Below are positions 1-11,426 of a DNA stretch of 64,000 nucleotides, piece by piece. The notes beneath the pieces are model-generated. The model worked only from the letters and a program-made list of their open reading frames with translations, had not been told where the DNA came from and made no database searches. Origin of the DNA: Macrostomum lignano (Eukaryota). Within the stretch, counting starts at the first letter, position 1, and every line of letters begins with the position of its first letter. The stretch lies in assembly GCA_002269645.1 (NCBI GenBank), contig NIVC01000881.1, forward strand, positions 1 to 64,000. The letters run 5' to 3'. A program made the translations under genes and the position numbers.

Positions 1-2
1 AC

Positions 3-770
3 CTATCCGTCGTGTGCTCATAGAAGCTGACGATGAAGAAAGCCAATTCGCCGAGTTGGTCTCGAATAGGCGTGGCAACGCAGTCGCATTGGAATTCGCT
101 GCCTAGAGAAGCAACAAATAAGAGAGATAATATGGGGAGCAATTTGTGTGCCTCTGCAACTGATAGTTTCGTGGTGACTATGTAAGGGAATAAATACTAC
201 GAGGCTTTTTGACGGTTACAGGTAGATTGAGACATGAGGACCTGATGAACCTAGCGGGTACTGCAGGGACTCAGAGAAAACCGGCTGTTACAATTGGCGG
301 GTTCCGATAATAACACAGCAGGCACAGGACATGAGCTCAAAACTTTCCACCCTACCGTCTTTTCTGCGCAGCACAGAGTCCACCTGCGTCTCCTCGCCGT
401 TTCTGATTCCGCCGTTGTCGCGGCCAGCGCCGCGTCCATCGAGGCTGCAACTGCCGTCGCTTCCCTTGATGTCGCCGTGCTTGCCGAGCTCGGGCAAGCG
501 ACCGAAAGTCCAGTGAGTTGGCTGCGCGAGTAGCCGGTGAGACTGCGAAATGCGTCGCTACTGAAGATGATCGCCGAGCCGACAGTCGAGCATTCACTAC
601 ACAGAAGGCTCTGTCTGCGGAGGGGTCACACGATCGGTGTTACATGTGCACAATCAACAAGAATGATTAATTACAAATAGGATTATACACTCACTCTCCG
701 CCTCCAATCTCTTTATTAGGTTATCAATAAAGACATTCTGAGGTGCTACGTGGCCTCGACGTACAGGCAT
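3..770 (-). CDS. KCNH2-like (erg): ERG-type (EAG family, KCNH2/6/7-like) voltage-gated K+ channel, 5' part only (PAS-cap + PAS/PAC); coding exons 770-695, 614-356, 102-3; gene continues beyond the left edge
   Basis: Exon 1 translates MPVRRGHVAPQNVFIDNLIKRLEAE, whose first 12 residues match the hERG N-terminus. Exon 2 gives NRAFCVVNARL..AIIFSSDAFRSLTGYSRSQL..RRKDG and exon 3 gives SEFQCDCVATPIRDQLGELAFFIVSF (PAC motif). Both introns are phase 1 GT-AG at the positions known from KCNH2 (after the 76-nt first exon and within KD/G). Exon 2 needs two +1 frame corrections. The exon 3 donor lies at the window edge and is uncertain. Confidence 0.9.
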
Positions 771-3100
771 TACGGATATCCGGGTTGGACGGGGCTAAAC
801 TGGGAAAGTGTATTTTTGGCGCAGTAGTGCTGCGCTGAAATTTCCAGTTTTTATCCAATCCAAATTTATGCAGAGTGGGCTGGCGTTGCCAATAAGCTGT
901 GATGATGCTGGCCACTATGAAACTATCTGGGGAACTGTTTGTCTCTGTCTGTTCTTGCCGCGCCAGAGACGATAGAGGGATCCACAGGGTCCTCTACACA
1001 GGGACACGGAAGCGGGCCTGCATTTCTAATTTCTGGGTGATTTGAAACCAAGTTATGCTACAACGAACCATGACACCAAACAAGGTAAACAATGGATGTC
1101 TTCACTACCATTGTCCTCACTAACAATCAATTCAACTTCAACTGTCAAAGTGTCAAATTCCTAAGAATTGACCTTTTCACACGTCAAAATGAACCTGTCA
1201 TGTTTTTGCAAAAGTTGCCCATTTTACAAGCGCTATGAGAACCCGAAAACCTTCTGTCAAGTCTTTGTTATCTCATTATCGAGAGCAGAATTATCGGCCG
1301 CTACTGATTAATGGATTCCGTTGAGTTCTTGAATTAAAGGCCCTCCGTATTCCGAAGGGCTAAAAACACAAAATCCATAGCATAATATCTTAAAATAATA
1401 AAAAAATTCAGTTTCTATGATCCGAAAATTATGAAATTTTCGGTTTTAAGACTTGACACCATACCAATAGTCCGTACATACGCAAATCAATCATGTTTAT
1501 CAATTTATCTAGTCGGAAACTTAGATCGAAATTTGAGGCCCAGAGGTAGCTGAGGGTGTCGTGGACTTGTTGGCCTCAACAGGCGGAAGTGGACTCGCAT
1601 GCATCCGAATGTCGCTTAATTGCCGTATACTTTTCAGGCTTGCAGTTCAAAATTACTTAAATTCGGCCTACTATCGCCGACATAATTGTCAGTAAAGCAA
1701 GTTTTTAAAATTGTAAAGAAAGTTAACAAAGACGGTAACCTGGAGTACTTATCATAGAAGAATCACAGGAAACAAGTACACTGACCTACAAGTGTACTAG
1801 CAAATTAATTTTGTGTTGCCTTTAATTATTGCAACACTTCTAATTGCAGTAATTAACAGTAGAACTACCAACTACCAACAGTAGGCCTCCAACCAAGCGG
1901 AGCTTCTGGACCTTCAACAGGTGGCACCATGCGAATTTCTCTAGTTTCCCTGATCAAGCCTCAACTGCCGGACATCCTCAGCTAGTTTCTCAATTCCGTC
2001 ATCAGCCCAACGCCGTCGGGAATCCCTCCTGGGCAGTTCGAAGTGAGGAAAATGGCTTGGTGTTCCTATTGTTAAAAGATCAAATTTGCTATTGGTTCTA
2101 TTTTTCAGTTTTGCTTGGGGCACGGCCCACCAGGGGCCTGGGCCTAAGCCTAGTAGCTTAAATCTGTCATCTGAGACTTGGATTCGAAATATTAAGACCA
2201 AGTAGCTAGTACGACCAATGTTGTGTCTACGAGAATTTTTCATCCTTGGCTATTGATTTAAATTCTCGCTGTAAATTAACCTTCCATTAACCAATGCCTC
2301 ACCAAAATGCACTCGCGACCTGACCAGATCCATTTCTCCCTCCTCTCTCTATACGGCTCGTATTCTGCTGATCGTGTGGTTTTGTATTCGTGCGTTTGAT
2401 CAAATTTGGCCCACAGAAGTGAATAAAAGGCCAACAGAAGAAAGCCAGAGTAAGAAAAAGGTGGTTTCGATCAGTATTAATTTCAGCTCTCGAATGCATC
2501 GTAGTTGCCGTTGTATTATCCGTCGATCTAATATAAAAGTACATATATGTCGACGCCGTCACGGCTGCCATCCTGATTGCAAGTTGCCTCATAGAAAAAC
2601 AGTGATTGCTGCATGCTCTAGTCCGCTCTTTGTATTCGACCATGGAAAGATTGACCGTGTTGTACATCTATAGGGAGCTTTTGCTCATTTAAATGCTTGT
2701 GGGTTTCACTTTCTACCTGTATAACGTTCGTTGGTCAACGAAAAAAATCAATTCGTAAGGACTATCGATTGATTAAAATCCTGTTATGTGTTCGTCTTTT
2801 ATTCAGGAATGCTTGCCGCCATCTCTATTAACAGAAAATAGAAACATAAAATTTCTTTCAGCTAAGTGCTGCTTGATTGATTGAATCCTCAAATGCCTAA
2901 GAATAGTATTTCTGCTGATTCATCTAGGGGATTCAGGCCATGTTAATATAGAGGTAAATGGTTGAACTAAACGCTGTAAATAACTAGTGCCGAGAGTCCT
3001 CACTTCCTGGATCAAATGGTGACCTTCCCAGTCACAAACCATTTTGTCTTTCAGTTCTTCGTCGGCTTCTTCTCGGCGGTTTCAATGTACGTTTGGTGGA

Positions 3101-3325
3101 TCACTTTCTGGTGGCTCGTCTGCGCTTCTTGCCGGCCCCTGTAGAGGCGGAGCGCTTCGGCTTGCGGGTCCCCCTGGAGGCGGACCGCATCCTACTGGCC
3201 CCCTTAGAGGCGGAGCGTTTCCGCTTGGCTGGACGGGCTCGCTTGCGCGGAGTTGAAGCCGTCTGTCTCTCCGGCTTGTTATAAGTGGTGGCGACAGGTG
3301 ACGGTTGTTGCGAGTGCGACCTCAT
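3101..3325 (-). CDS. Candidate small, highly basic protein (74 aa; protamine-like / H1-tail-like), single exon
   Basis: ORF has 26/74 Lys+Arg, one acidic residue, no Cys/Trp/Phe and three RSAS motifs encoded by an internal degenerate repeat. A possible AATAAA lies on the minus strand at 2798-2803. Only the composition supports the call; no domain was recognised. Confidence 0.4.
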   Translation of the reverse strand: MRSHSQQPSPVATTYNKPERQTASTPRKRARPAKRKRSASKGASRMRSASRGTRKPKRSASTGAGKKRRRATRK

Positions 3326-4142
3326 CCTGGGGGTGTTTTACGAACTGCGTCTTAAGACTGACTCCTAAGTTCCAACTTAGGCTCGAACTTAAGACTGAGC
3401 CGTAAATGCGTTTTACAAACACTTAGGAGTCACTTCTAACCTCGATCTTAGCTAAGGTCGAGCTTTGGTTCTGGACGAGAAAGTTTAAGATAGGGTTGAC
3501 CATAGACTAATTCTGCGCGGCGTCAAACTTTAGCCGTTTTATATATGCCTTATTTTAGCCAGCAGAGACACGGTCACAGCTTATAGTACTTCTTGTTCAT
3601 TGAGTTTATTTTGCATTGCAAATCAGATTCGAATGGCTGATAAAAGAAGACCTAATTTTAGTCAGAAAGAGATTGAGATCCTGCTGGAGATGGCAAGAGA
3701 GAAGCCGATGCTGAGATGGCATCGCAGTTTACAATATAATTTCATGATATATTGAAAGAACTATCTATCATTAACACTAACCTGTCCCGAAAAACCCGAG
3801 GAATCCTTTGCCTCTCGGTCGCACGACGAGCAATTAAAACGGCAAACATTTTATTCCAAAAGATCGGCTCTTGCTGTTCAGATAGCGACTTAAAACTTAG
3901 GAAAACGATCTAGATGTGTTCTAAAGTTAAGATCGACCATGACAGTTTTGGTCATAGACAGTCTCTCTTGTCCTCTTGATAAAACGCACCAGTCGTAAGT
4001 TCGATCTTATCAATTTCCTTAGGTCAGACCTAAGTTGGATCCCAGCTAAGATCGACTTTTATCTTCATAGAACACGTCGATCCTAAACTCAATCCTAAGT
4101 TTGATCTTAAGATTGAACTTTGGTTCGTAAAACACCCCCAGG
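3326..4142. mobile_element. Non-autonomous PIF/Harbinger-type DNA transposon (~0.8 kb deletion derivative)
   Basis: Perfect 20-bp terminal inverted repeat CCTGGGGGTGTTTTACGAAC (3326-3345 / 4123-4142), with repeated subterminal CTTAAG/CTTAGG motifs. A truncated ORF at 3633-3755 (+), MADKRRPNFSQKEIEILLEMAREK, resembles the N-terminus of the Myb/SANT-like DNA-binding protein of Harbinger elements. The TSD is not cleanly resolved (CTG left, CAG right). Confidence 0.8.
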
Positions 4143-5321
4143 GCGATAGCTAGCTTCAGCTGTTCAATTCGGTTTGATAATATTTTTACTCTCGAAAGTT
4201 TTGAGCGTGCTATTAAGGGCTTTAAAATCGTTTTTTGACCTGTTTTGAACTGCGTAAAATAGTCTATGGTGAAATATTTTCGTCTTACAAAACTCTGAAT
4301 ATTTAACTTAGTACGTCTTTTTAATTAGTCTTAGAATTAACAATCGCATATGGGCTTCTCCAGCTAGCACCACCCAGTTGCGTATCATTTTTACTTGCTA
4401 TTTTGCTCAGAATGTTTGCTGTTTATTATTTTCTGCAAAAATCATTCAGCAGTCGCTCAACCCACAGAAACAGATTCGTTCTTATAATTGCATGCATCGC
4501 ATATAGGTTTCTTCACAAAAATTGTAGTTTTCCAGTGTCATTAGCTTTGAAAGTAACTGTCAATGCATTTTTGCTGGTTTTTATAAGTTGCATTAAGGTC
4601 ATTAGTTAACTTATCACTTTATTTTCACTTTGGTAGTTACGGTTGGTGGTTTTAATTCTCACGTTGCTGCAGATGTCGATCGGATCTATTAGTTTAGAAT
4701 ACGAGTATTCGCCATTTTTAGAGAACTTGTTTCTACAGAATGAAAGAAAAAATAGGACATATTGATTTTTTAAAGATACTATGCAATCATTTTAAATCTA
4801 AGACTGTTGTAAATTTTATTATTCAAGTAGTAAATCGTTGTTTTATTGGGTGGTTTAGCATCGATCTCCGTTACGGCGGGATTTTAAAGTACTAAATAGG
4901 AATTGGGTTTTAAAATTTTTCTGGCACTAGCTTCCTGGCAGACTTGGCAGCAGTTTCGTTCTACTACGACTCTTGCACCTTGCACGCAGTCCTACAACCC
5001 ACCCCCCTTCCCTCCTGTCTCTCACAGGCGATGAAGTCGAAATATATTGATTAGCTATTTTAACGCACAAAAATGGATAAAATATATTGAATGATCCATC
5101 TTAGATTCCTGACAATGTTAAATCTATTTATCAAATACTTTCAGACTTTAGTAATTAGTTTTATTTAAGAAAGTTATAATACACAACCAATAATATGGAA
5201 TATAGACTTGAATGTGTGCCATACTATTAGTCATTCTCCTTGCTAGCACAGTGATATATTGAATATATTTCTTTGATTTATTTAGGTCATCAACTCTCAA
5301 ACTTGTGTAACTAAAATAAAA

Positions 5322-8300
5322 ATGAACAAGTGTTTATTAATTTGCATTAAAATTTCAAGAGCGATACCACTTGTCTTTATTTCCCTTATATTATCTTGGT
5401 CATACTATGCCTATGTAGTTGCAATGTGCATATGTAAGTTTCAATTTTGTAGCTTTATTTTTTAATAAATTGTTTTTTGTTTATAGAATAAATTTTATTA
5501 AATATAATTTCCAATTATAACTTTAGATGCTATTCCGAGTACAAGTGTTGGTGAAAAAGGTAATTTTGTATAATTTTGATCTTATCTATATGTAATATTA
5601 GTTGACAATGATGATTAACTTATTTCTTTTAATATTTTATTTTAGATCAAATTATATATCCCTTTAAAAGATAGATATTTTTGTAGACCTTGGATATAAT
5701 GAATTTATTAAAATGAACTAGCTAAGTTGCTAAATGCTTAGTATACTTAACTTTATTTTAACTATTTTTTTAAATTGAATTAGAAATTTAGAAGATATAA
5801 TTTGTTATATTTGCAATCTAATCTAATAAACCCATACCTTTTTAGTGGTATTGATTGTTTTCTATCATATATTTTTTGGAATGTTTGTCTGGGCCTACAT
5901 TCAGACAATATTGACAAAGCCTTTGCTTGTCCCATCTGAGGTAAGTTTTTGTTTGTTATGTCCTAATATATTGCTTCAATATTTTTATGTTTAATTAGTA
6001 AAAAAATACTAATTGCCTATCCTTTGACCAGTTCAAGCTAAGTCAGACAGACCTAGCCAACATTCAAATAGTTGAAGGCAATGAATCTGAGTCCAGTTCA
6101 AGATGGCAGGATTACCTGCTGGGTGTTATTGCTGAGCGTCATCTTCCTATGTACACTCGCGGCTCTTTTGGCAGCAATGGCGGGAACAGCGGCAGCACCA
6201 GCCAAGGCAGATTCATCCGGCTTTGTGACTCCTGCCAGCTCATTAAACCCGATCGGGCACATCACTGCTCCACCTGCGGAGTGTAAGATTCCCGTGAATC
6301 TAGATCCCAATCCCAACTCTAGATCCCCATCCCAACTCTAGATCCCCATCCTAACTCTAGATCCCCATCCCAACTCTAGATCCCCATCCTAACTCTAGAT
6401 CCCCATCCCAACTCTAGATCCCCATCCCAACTCTAGATCCCCATCCCAACTCTAGATCCCCATCCCAACTCTAGATCCCCATCCCAACTCTAGATCCCCA
6501 TTACAACTCTAGATCCCGATCCCAACTCTAGATCCCCATCCCAACTCTAGATCCCCATCCCAACTCTAGATCCCCATTACAACTCTAGATCCCCATCCCA
6601 ACTCTAGATCCCCATTACAACTCTAGATCCCAATCCCAACTCTAGATCCCCATTACAACTCTAGATCCCCATTACAACTCTAGATCCCCATTACAACTCT
6701 AGATCCCATTACAACTCTAGATCCCCATTACAACTCTAGATCCCCATTACAACTCTAGATCCCCATTACAACTCTAGATCCCCATTATATCTCTAGATCC
6801 CATTACAACTCTAGATCCCCATCCCAACTCTAGATCCCGATCTCAACCCAGATCCCAATCTCGAAGTCCCAATGTCATCTTTAGATCTCGGTTGTCATTA
6901 CACGAGAGAACATTTGCGCACTCAATGCAGCTGTCTACTAAAAATGGACCACCACTGTCCCTGGGTGAACAACTGCGTTGGCTTGCATAACTACAAATAC
7001 TTTCTGCTATTCCTAGTCTACGGAGCTCTGTACTGCTTCTACGTTGGCGGCTCGTCTGCTAAGTACTTCGTGGCATTTTGGACTGTGAGTTCTGGTTTAA
7101 AATAGACCGGTTGTATCTCAGTAAGAATATTATCTAACCTAGTATCTCACAGCAATCTCACCCAGTATCTCATTCTCACTCAGTATCTCAGCAATCTCAC
7201 CCAGTCTCTCAGAAATCTTACCCAGTATCTCAGCAATCTCACCCAGTAATCTCAGCAATCTCACCCAGGATCTCAGCAATCTCACCCAGTATCTCAGCAA
7301 TCTCACCCAGTCTCTCAGCAATCTCATCTAGTAATCTCAGCAATCTCACCCAGGATCTCAGCAATCTCACCCAGTATCTCAGCAATCTCACCCAGTCTCT
7401 CAGCAATCTCATCCAGGATCTCAGCAATCTCACCCAGGATCTCAGCAATCACACCCAGGATCTCAGAAATCTCACCCAGGATCTCAGCAATCTCACCCAG
7501 TATCTCAGAAATCTCACCCAGTCTCTCAGCAATCTCATCCAGGATCTCAGCAATCTCACCCAGGATCTCAGCAATCACACCCAGGATCTCAGAAATCTCA
7601 CCCAGGATCTCAGAAATCTCACCCAGTCTCTCAGCAATCTCACCCAGTCTCTCAGAAATCTCACCCAGGATCTCAGCAATCTCACCCAGTATCTCAGCAA
7701 TCTCACCCAGTATCTCAGCAATCTCACCCAGTATCTCAGCAATCTCACCCAGTCTCTCAGCAATCTCACCCAGTCTTTCAGAAATCTCACCCAGGATCTC
7801 AGCAATCTCACCCAGTATCTCAGAAATCTCACCCAGTCTCTCAGCAATCTCATCCAGGATCTCAGCAATCTCACCCAGTATCTCAGCAATCTCACCCAGT
7901 ATCTCAGCAATCTCACCCAGTCTCTCAGCAATCTCACCCAGTCTCTCAGAAATCTCACCCAGGATCTCAGCAATCTCACCCAGTATCTCAGCAATCTCAC
8001 CCAGTATCTCAGCAATCTCACCCAGTCTCTCAGCAATCTCACCCAGTCTCTCAGAAATCTCACCCAGGATCTCAGCAATCTCACCCAGTATCTCAGCAAT
8101 CTCACCCAGTATCTCAGCAATCTCACCCAGTCTCTCAGCAATCTCACCCAGTCTTTCAGAAATCTCACCCAGGATCTCAGCAATCTCACCCAGTATCTCA
8201 GAAATCTCACCCAGTCTCTCAGCAATCTCATCCAGGATCTCAGCAATCTCACCCAGTATCTCAGCAATCTCACCCAGTATCTCAGAAATCTCACCTAGGA

Positions 8301-10564
8301 TCTCAGCAATCTCACCCAGTCTCTTAGAAATCTCACCCAGTCTCTCAGAAATCTCACCTAGGATCTCAGCAATCTCACCCAGTATCTCACTGTCACCACC
8401 AGGCCGGTATAGCAGACGTGGAGGCCTACAGATTCCATGTCCTATTCGTATTCTTCGTGGCCTGGCTGTTCTCCCTGTCCCTGGTATTCCTGGCCGGCTA
8501 CCACGCATTCCTGACGCTGCGCAATCGGACCACGCTGGAAAGCTCGCGAGCTCCCATACTGGAGTCGGGACCGGACTACCGGGCCTTCGATCTGGGATTT
8601 AAGCGGAATTTCCGTCAAGTATTCGGCAATCGATGGCAGCTGTGGCCTCTGCCGGTCAAGTCCTGGTTGGTTGCGGTCTGCTTTTAGCTGAACTCGCTCT
8701 AACCCCTTTGAGAATAGTCCTCTAATCCCATTGAGAATAATCATCTAATCCCATTGAGAATAGTCATCTAATCCCTTTGAGAATAGTCCTCTAATCCCAT
8801 TGAGAATAATCATCTAATCCCATTGAGAATAGTCATCTAATCCCATTGAGAATAGTCATCTAATCCCTTTGAGAATAGTCCTCTAATCCCATTGAGAATA
8901 GTCATCTAATCCCATTGAGAATAGTCATCTAATCCCATTGAGAATAGTCATCTAATCCCATTGAGAATAATCATCTAATCCCATTGAGAATAGTCATCTA
9001 ATCCCTTTGAGAATAGTCCTCTAATCCCATTGAGAATAATCATCTAATCCCATTGAGAATAGTCATCTAATCCCATTGAGAATAGTCATCTAATCCCTTT
9101 GAGAATAGTCCTCTAATCCCATTGAGAATAGTCATCTAATCCCATTGAGAATAGTCATCTAATCCCATTGAGAATAGTCATCTAATCCCATTGAGAATAA
9201 TCATCTAATCCCATTGAGAATAGTCATCTAATCCCATTGAGAATAATCCTCTAATCCCATTGAGAATAATCCTCTAATCCTATTGAGAATAATCCTCTAA
9301 TCCTATTGAGAATAATCCTCTAATCCCATCGAGATTCATCCTGTAATCCCATCGAGATTCATCCTGTAATTCATAATCGAATCCTTTAGTCTTACATATT
9401 GGAATGGGATTAAATAATATTTTTCCCTAATTATCATAGATTAAACTGTAATTTGCAGGCTGGCTGACGGTGTGAACTGGGAGCAGCGCATCGGCTCTCC
9501 CTCCTGGGATCAGCGGCCCCCCAGTGCCGTCAGCGCTAAGTAAGCATCCTGCCGTCTCTATACTTCTTAAACTAAGTTATATGATGTACTAAAATGTACA
9601 TCATCTTGCTGACGCCATTCAACGGGATGGGATAATTCTTTGGGATAAAATATGTGATTTTCTACTATATCTACTACTCCTTCTACTTTAAGTAGGACGG
9701 CGGGCGCCACTTCTCGCAATCTTTTGTCAGAAAATAGAGATGTCCATTTAGTTATGATGTACTGCAGTTCGGCCTGATGACATCTACATCCGCCTGCCAG
9801 CCGTGCCTCCCAATGAATAGGGATTCTATAAAGTCCTGCCACACAATGCAGGCTATTTAATAATGTTTGGAATGATGGAGACTTCCTTCCGTAATACAGT
9901 CTGTGTGTTGAGGAGTTGATTAAATCTCATTTTGACTTGAGACTTTAATGTGAAGCTTTTAATTTCATTGTTATGATTCATATTGCTGTCCACGCGTTGC
10001 TGGGCTCATGCGTGTGTTTATCAGCTAGCCAGTCATTCAGTGCTGGGTTCATGCGTGTGTTTATCAGCTAGCCAATCATTCAGTGCTGGGTTCATGCGTG
10101 TGTTTATCAGCTAGCCAATCATTCAGTCTGGGTTCATGCGTGTGTTTATCAGCTAGCCAATCATTCAGTCTGGGTTCATGCTTGTGTTTATCAGCTAGCC
10201 AGTCATTCAGTGCTGGGTTCATGCTTGTGTTTATCAGCTAGCCAGTCATTCAGTGCTGGGTTCATGCGTGTGTTTATCAGCTAGCCAATCATTCAGTCTG
10301 GGTTCATGCGTGTGTTTATCAGCTAGCCAATCATTCAGTCTGGGTTCATGCTTGTGTTTATCAGCTAGCCAGTCATTCAGTGCTGGGTTCATGCTTGTGT
10401 TTATCAGCTAGCCAGTCATTCAGTGCTGGGTTCATGCGTGGGTTTATCAGCTACAAACAAACAATATTTTATCCGGACTTTCCAGCCCCATTCTTCTGCT
10501 TCCGGAAGAGAATTATCGGCCTCACGACGCAGACATCGAGGCCAACGGCAGAGCTCCCGTCTGA
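5322..10564 (+). CDS. ZDHHC2/15/20-like: DHHC palmitoyltransferase, ZDHHC2/15/20 clade, ~355 aa; exons 5322-5433, 5527-5559, 5846-5940, 6032-6282, 6931-7084, 8403-8665, 9459-9539, 10486-10564
   Basis: Spliced frame is continuous (1068 nt) with GT-AG junctions. It contains WSYYAY (TM1), the cysteine-rich domain [37 protein letters not shown], the TTxE motif (NRTTLE) and the PaCCT motif (NFRQVFG..W.LP). The last exon is less certain because an in-frame TAA at 9541-9543 overlaps the donor. AATAAA at 10719-10724. Confidence 0.93.
6296..6868. repeat. Intronic minisatellite, 19-bp unit (CCAACTCTAGATCCCCATC), ~29 copies
   Basis: Direct tandem array in ZDHHC intron 4; the unit drifts to a TTACAA variant in the 3' half. 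Confidence 0.95.
7135..8390. repeat. Intronic minisatellite, 21-bp unit (ATCTCAGCAATCTCACCCAGT), ~59 copies
   Basis: Fills ZDHHC intron 5 and creates spurious 7-aa-periodic antisense ORFs. Confidence 0.95.
8696..9365. repeat. Intronic minisatellite, 23-bp unit (CTAATCCCATTGAGAATAGTCAT), ~28 copies
   Basis: Tandem array in ZDHHC intron 6. Confidence 0.95.
10003..10452. repeat. Intronic minisatellite, 42-43-bp unit (TCAGCTAGCCAATCATTCAGTGCTGGGTTCATGCGTGTGTTTA), ~10 copies
   Basis: Tandem array in putative ZDHHC intron 7. Confidence 0.95.
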
Positions 10565-11426
10565 GGCAGCCGTTGTTTCTTTTTTCTGCTTTTTCCCAAT
10601 GCGGACTTTCTTTGACCAGGTGTTAATTTTGAAGCTTGCTATAGAAAATCTTTATTATTGAAATCTTTTTGTCGTCTGCCCAATTGTCTTCTTATCTGTG
10701 TCTGTTGTAATCCGACCAAATAAATTAATCTGCGATATTTACAATCTTTTTAAGCCTACTTTAAGTAGCCAAGATATACAAACAAAAATGCACAATCTAT
10801 TGATTAAACAATTAAGAAATAGATAAGCAATATTAATCTTGCGTGTATTTTTTAGAAAAAGAAAACCATACGAAATCATCACGCGTCGGGCTCAGACAAT
10901 CGTCTTATTTTTTCAAGCGTTCTGGACAGCCGCATAAATAAGTGCAAATCTTGCAAAGTGCGGGGTCGTTTACAGAACAGGTGCTCAAACACTTGATGCT
11001 CCTATCAGTAATGTTTTTGGGGGATTTTTAAAGGCATTGCGAGGTGTGACTCTGAGATTCACAGGATTCACCAACCTAAAAATCCATGAACCCTAATGTA
11101 CCTGTCAATTGGGTTGCCTCAAAGTTTTACCACTGACAATGTTAATTAGACAGGAATAGTCCAAATCTTTGAAATTTAGACCGAACAACATATCATATTC
11201 AACATATCTTGCACTATTTTGAAGCGTTGCAAGTACTACGGTCTCTCGCAATCACGCAGCGTACGAGGTTCAACTTGGGGGGTCAAGGACAACTAAAATT
11301 CAAAATAAAAGACTTTGATACAACCATATAAATTCCTGTGGTCTTTTAGAAGCACTTGTTTTAATAACAGCATACTCGAGCTACCGCAGGCAGACTGGGG
11401 TCACGGCTCCCTCCCAGTCGCGCACT

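Noticed and set aside
1941-2673. ORFs of 99-122 aa on both strands
   Set aside because: No recognisable domain, codon bias or splice pattern; possibly degraded transposon sequence, but I cannot support that.
7139-8508. Long antisense ORFs (LGEIAEI / WVRLLR repeats)
   Set aside because: Products of a stop-free 21-bp intronic minisatellite; the true ZDHHC exons splice around it.
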